The notes under the pieces are model-generated. The model made no database searches. It saw only the letters and a program-made list of their open reading frames with translations, and had not been told where the DNA came from. This document shows, in pieces, positions 45,833 through 49,322 of a stretch of 49,322 bases of DNA; the first letter of the stretch is position 1; every line of letters begins with the position of its first letter. Position numbers and translations under genes: made by a program. The stretch spans positions 1-49,322 of the forward strand of contig JBDREN010000013.1 in NCBI GenBank assembly GCA_043819795.1, written 5' to 3'. Source of the DNA: Elusimicrobiota bacterium (lineage in GTDB: Bacteria > Elusimicrobiota > Elusimicrobia > UBA1565).

Positions 45833-48070
45833 CTAATATCTGAGAAATGTCTTCCCCTTGAAATCCCCCTGGATGGTCGGAAGCTGCTCCACGCCGTGCA
45901 TCCTTCTTGCGTAATATGGGACTCCTTCCGCTTCGTCTGAGATGTATCTGTAAATTTCATCGAAAGTCAGGCGATCGTCCTTGTCCGCGTCGGCATTCTT
46001 ATCATGGATGGCTTTGAGGAAAAAGTACGTGAACATCCCGTGGCGCTGGTCCTTGTTCCAGCTCGATACCTGGCTGCCTTTGGAGCTCGAGATGACGACT
46101 CCGTTGGTTAAGCCGCTCTTCGGGGCCGAGATCTGCATGACCAGCGGCGAGATGTTTTCAAAGATCGTGGCGCCCGAGAAGCAGGAATCAAGCACGACAG
46201 TCATGGATCGGGCGGAGATCATTCCGAGATTCTCGTAGAAGGTATCCAGGGGGTAGCCGCCGAGTTCGATATAATGAGGGTCGGCTTCGACGGGAACGAA
46301 GTAGCCCTTTTTGTCATTGAGCCCGGGGGCGCCGTGGCCGGAGTAGAATACGAAGACGTCCGATCTGCCCGGCTTTACCGCGTTGAAGAGCTTGCCCTTG
46401 TGGTTCCCCTCGATCCCGAAGTAGAGTTCAAAGTCGCCTTTGGCGGCGTTCTCGATGTGGAAGATGTTGCCTTCCCTAAAGCCCATCGCGCTTGTAAGGT
46501 ATCGTTTGACCGACCTTGAGTCGTTGAGGGCAAAATCGACGCTCTTGGCGTTCCGGTAGTCCCGATTCCCAATCACGACCGCGATCGCGTCGCGGTTGAT
46601 TGTCTTGGTCTGCGGGATATCTCTATCCACGCTCACTGACGATTGGGGGGCCGTGGTCTCGCTGCCGGCAGGCTCGCGGCTCTCCGGTTCGCCCGCGAGG
46701 ACATTTCGCACAAGCGTTAGGATGTCTTCGGGGCGGACATGCCGCCGTTTCTTGTTCCCCCGGAGAGCTTTCAAGGCCGTCGGCACGAGCGAGTCGTGTT
46801 CCTCCGTGCGCTTGAGGGGGATGTCCGGGATGAGACCGTCGTCTGGAAGCCTGCCGTTAAGCAATACCGCCCGATAGGTCGAGAGCTTCATCGCGGACCC
46901 ATCCGGCAGATCATATACGGTCTGGGTTGTGGCCTTCCCGAAGGTGCGCTCGCCGAGGAGCACCGCGCGTCCATGAGCGCGAAGTGACCCGGCTAGGATT
47001 TCCGCGCCGGCGGCGGTGCCCGTGTTGAGCAATATGATGATCGGGCAGCCCGTATGGGTGCCGAACTTCTTGGCGGTATAGGTGACGTCGTTCGCGCTGA
47101 CTCTCGTCTTCATGGACGCGATGAGGCCTTCCTCGATGAATTTATCCGCGATTTCGATCGTGCTGTTCAATAGCCCGCCAGGATTGTTCCGCAGGTCCAG
47201 CACTAGTCCCTTCAGCTCCGCTCTCCGGGAACCCAGCTTCATCAGCGCTCTCTCCACTTCGCGCGGGGTGGTCTCCTGGAATTGAGAGATGCGGATGTAG
47301 CCGATGCCCCCCTCATGGGACTCGTGTTTTACGCTCTCGATCTTGATCGTGTCCCGCGTCAGGGTGAAGTCCTTGGACGCTTCGAAACCGTCCCGCATGA
47401 TCGCCAGAGTGACCGATGTTCCCTTGAGTCCCCTGAGCCTCATAACGCACTCCTCGAGAGTCAGGCCTTTCGTCGGCTCGCCGTCGATTCTGAGGATGCG
47501 GTCACCCGCTGCCAGGCCGGCCTTGAATGCGGGCGTATCGTCGATGGGCGTCGTGACGGTAAGCACTTTGTTCTTTAGGGATATCTGGATTCCGAGGCCG
47601 CCGAATTCCCCGCGAGTCTCGACACGGAAGGCCTCGAGCATTTTTTTGCGCATCAACGACGAATGGGGGTCCAGCGCGCCGAGCATCCCTTCGATCGCGG
47701 CATATTCGATCTCGAGCGAGGGGAGACCGGAGCGCTTCTCGATCTTCTCAAAGGCCTTGGAGAATGAATCTAGAGCCGTTTCCATATTCGCGTTCTTTGG
47801 GATGTCCGGGCTTTGTGCCTCGTGAGGCGAATCCATAGACTCAAGGTACTCGTCTATCCCGAGCATGGCCGAGGAGAGCAGATAGTACGGCGTCGGCTCG
47901 TCAACGTAATTCTCCAGGACCAAGGAGAAGGACTTTTTGAACACCTCCAAAGATTCGGGCTTCTTCGCTTTCGATCCGGCCGCCGCGGTGGGAACGTCTC
48001 CGCTGAGCAGCGACATGAAGGTGAGAATCGAGGATAAGAGAAGAGGTTTCGTCCTTGGCATATGGGGCAT
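45833..48070 (-). CDS. PDZ/S41 (CtpA-like) domain fused to a C-terminal caspase-like (peptidase C14) domain
   Basis: LDPHSS, GEFGGLGI, LDLRNNPGG, TFGK; then VIGNRDY, YSGHG, LDSCFSG, HGMFTYF. Signal-peptide-like N-terminus; start 48070 or 48061. Confidence 0.9.
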   Translation of the reverse strand: MPHMPRTKPLLLSSILTFMSLLSGDVPTAAAGSKAKKPESLEVFKKSFSLVLENYVDEPTPYYLLSSAMLGIDEYLESMDSPHEAQSPDIPKNANMETALDSFSKAFEKIEKRSGLPSLEIEYAAIEGMLGALDPHSSLMRKKMLEAFRVETRGEFGGLGIQISLKNKVLTVTTPIDDTPAFKAGLAAGDRILRIDGEPTKGLTLEECVMRLRGLKGTSVTLAIMRDGFEASKDFTLTRDTIKIESVKHESHEGGIGYIRISQFQETTPREVERALMKLGSRRAELKGLVLDLRNNPGGLLNSTIEIADKFIEEGLIASMKTRVSANDVTYTAKKFGTHTGCPIIILLNTGTAAGAEILAGSLRAHGRAVLLGERTFGKATTQTVYDLPDGSAMKLSTYRAVLLNGRLPDDGLIPDIPLKRTEEHDSLVPTALKALRGNKKRRHVRPEDILTLVRNVLAGEPESREPAGSETTAPQSSVSVDRDIPQTKTINRDAIAVVIGNRDYRNAKSVDFALNDSRSVKRYLTSAMGFREGNIFHIENAAKGDFELYFGIEGNHKGKLFNAVKPGRSDVFVFYSGHGAPGLNDKKGYFVPVEADPHYIELGGYPLDTFYENLGMISARSMTVVLDSCFSGATIFENISPLVMQISAPKSGLTNGVVISSSKGSQVSSWNKDQRHGMFTYFFLKAIHDKNADADKDDRLTFDEIYRYISDEAEGVPYYARRMHGVEQLPTIQGDFKGKTFLRY

Positions 48071-48232
48071 AGTACTACAAAGAGGATATACGATATTTCC
48101 CCGTGCCGCAATGCGAGTAAATAAGCGCTTGCCACGCACGGTCGGTGGGGCTGAGTCAGCCCCGTGGACCGCGACCGCCGACTATTTGGGGTGATGCGCC
48201 TCCCGGGAAAAGCGTAGAAATCGCAGGCTAAC

Positions 48233-48337
48233 GAAGCGGCAGGGAAACCCCCAAGATTCTCAAATACCCCGCCACATTCGTTCTTCGCGCGAATATAACC
48301 ACGGATTTGCCATCCACAGAGGTCTTTCTACAGCTTC
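48233..48337. mobile_element. 105-bp MITE with IS1182-type ends inserted in an attC core, AAC duplicated
   Basis: AAC(48230-32) GAAGCGGCAGGGAAACC...GGTCTTTCTACAGCTTC AAC(48338-40); ends match the IS end at 49019-49035 at 13/17 and 16/17. Confidence 0.8.
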
Positions 48338-48421
48338 AACGGTTGCCGCTCAGCCGCCTCGCGCTACTGCCGGCCCGCCTTCCGGAACGGAAGCGCGCGT
48401 CGGCTCAAGCGCTTGTTAGGC
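48338..48421 (-). repeat. attC site of the TA cassette (best preserved)
   Basis: Minus strand GCCTAAC-AAGC-GCTTGAGCCG...CGGCTGAGC-GGCAACC-GTT; the cassette starts GTTAGGCGC (49018-49010), complementary to GCGCCTAAC. Confidence 0.9.
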
Positions 48422-48427
48422 GCTCCA

Positions 48428-48688
48428 CTATCTGTAGATCTCTCCACGATGGCCCAAGTCAATTACCACAACGACGAGTTCTTTCCGACGGACCTCATAA
48501 ATGATTCGATAGCTCCCTAGTCGGTACGAAAGCATGCCCCGGAGTTCGCCATGCAGGGGTTTGCCTTGATCCGGGTCCTTTGAGATGGCCGCGAAGGCAC
48601 TTAGAAAGCGCTGATAAAGTCTGCGATCCGCGCGGCATACCCGTTCAAGATCCCTCGCAGCCTGACGGCTAAGCCGGACGCTATACAC
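48428..48688 (-). CDS. RelE/ParE family toxin
   Basis: GKPLHGELRG..SYRLGSYRIIY..VIDLGHR.EIY. Confidence 0.92.
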   Translation of the reverse strand: MYSVRLSRQAARDLERVCRADRRLYQRFLSAFAAISKDPDQGKPLHGELRGMLSYRLGSYRIIYEVRRKELVVVVIDLGHRGEIYR

Positions 48689-48953
48689 TCTCTAGCCGAC
48701 GACGAAGCGCGTCAAGAGAGATGGTCTTCCCGGCGCGGGCCTCTCTGCGGGACTTCCGAATACGTCTAACGGATGCCTTGTCAGAGAGTATCTCGATCGT
48801 CTCAAGTAGACCCTCGTAGTCCTCAGGACTGATGAGCATCATTACGGGCTCGCCGCGGCGAGTGACGATGTACCGGTCTAGCCTGGATTCAATCGCGTTT
48901 GCCACCTTGGGTAGCCCGGGGCGAAGGGCTTTCAGCGTAATGGTTCGGGTCAT
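48681..48953 (-). CDS. Phd/YefM family antitoxin
   Basis: YIVTRRGEPVMMLISPEDYEGLLETIEIL; overlaps the toxin start. Confidence 0.92.
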   Translation of the reverse strand: MTRTITLKALRPGLPKVANAIESRLDRYIVTRRGEPVMMLISPEDYEGLLETIEILSDKASVRRIRKSRREARAGKTISLDALRRRLESV

Positions 48954-48968
48954 TGTTCCCTCCCACCT

Positions 48969-48999
48969 AAAGTATACACGACAGAGTATACTTTCGCAA
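48969..48999 (-). promoter_or_regulatory. TA promoter with overlapping operator palindrome
   Basis: Minus strand TTGCGA, 17 nt, TATACT; inverted repeat AAAGTATAC-N8-GTATACTTT (48969-48994). Confidence 0.8.
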
Positions 49000-49018
49000 G
49001 ACCACAGATGCGCCTAAC

Positions 49019-49322
49019 GAAGCTGTAGAAAAACCTGTTTAGTTGCCGGTCAGAGCCTGTGATGTATGGCGTCTAGGTGTCGATCGCGAGGCTCTTATTC
49101 AAGTCTAACTGGAACTGCTCTGCGCTGCAATGCATTTGGTCCGGGTGTTTTTCGTTATTGGCGTCGTTTAATCGGGTTTTCCTTATGGTCCGGCGTATCC
49201 ATAGCGATAGGCCTTGTGGATATTGTGGACAAGGGCGAAGAGATGCCATTGGATGTTGACCTTGGTCTTGCCTCGTAGCGTGAAGCGGTCAAGGTGGAGC
49301 ATGTGGCGTATGTTCGCGAACA
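49019..49322 (-). mobile_element. 3' end of an IS1182-family insertion sequence
   Basis: Terminal repeat GAAGCTGTAGAAAAACC begins right after GCCTAAC; transposase C-terminus further in. Confidence 0.85.
49183..49322 (-). CDS. IS1182-family DDE transposase, C-terminal fragment
   Basis: Manual translation FANIRHMLHLDRFTLRGKTKVNIQWHLFALVHNIHKAYRYGYAGP* matches the EPVF..RF.LRG..KV..W.L...HN pattern; not in the ORF track. Confidence 0.85.
   Translation of the reverse strand, partial: FANIRHMLHLDRFTLRGKTKVNIQWHLFALVHNIHKAYRYGYAGP

Larger units (their letters stand above)
39727..49018 (-). mobile_element. Integron gene-cassette array (no intI in the window)
   Basis: Co-oriented minus-strand unrelated ORFs separated by attC-like imperfect palindromes (minus strand GCTYSAGCCG...CGGCTGAGC, extra base on the 5' arm); visibly less GC-rich than the left part. 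Confidence 0.85.

Noticed and set aside
49019..49047. attI site (minus strand CTAAACAGGTT...GTTAGGC loosely resembles attI1)
   Set aside because: The segment matches the MITE ends and lies downstream of a transposase stop, so it is better explained as an IS terminal repeat.
49066..49278. Plus-strand 60-70 aa ORFs at the right edge
   Set aside because: Antisense to the transposase C-terminus; no recognisable features.
1..49322. tRNA, rRNA or riboswitch genes
   Set aside because: None recognisable by eye; a covariance-model search would be needed to exclude them.

Overview
High-GC bacterial chromosomal segment. Gene style suggests an Elusimicrobiota-like lineage (inference only). 1-39.6 kb holds: a B12/radical-SAM enzyme; a GH130 + CUT1 sugar ABC operon; beta-PGM + GH65; tandem HExxH paralogs; secreted beta-helix, Ig/PKD and PDZ proteins; nhaP, dapB, folK and an internally deleted panB; CBM48 + a degenerate GH57/DOMON protein; a sensor kinase + LysM/FecR protein; an amber-interrupted membrane protein; and a metzincin. 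Several REP/MITE-like palindromic elements lie between these genes. 39.7-49.3 kb is a minus-strand integron gene-cassette array with about 8 attC-like sites, mostly degenerate and the best preserved at the right end; no integrase is in the window. The cassettes encode a ClpP-like protein, DUF5661, RsgA, an OCD-family protein, a PDZ/S41-caspase fusion and a Phd-RelE toxin-antitoxin (TA) pair. Main finding: the 3' end of an IS1182-family element (missing from the ORF track) and a 105-bp MITE with the same ends sit at the identical position, the AAC/GTT core triplet, of two consecutive cassette junctions, and the MITE shows an AAC duplication. This points to an attC-targeting IS1182/MITE system. 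Also notable are an unannotated 49-aa Lys-rich protein behind a consensus promoter and two apparently catalytically dead enzyme domains.
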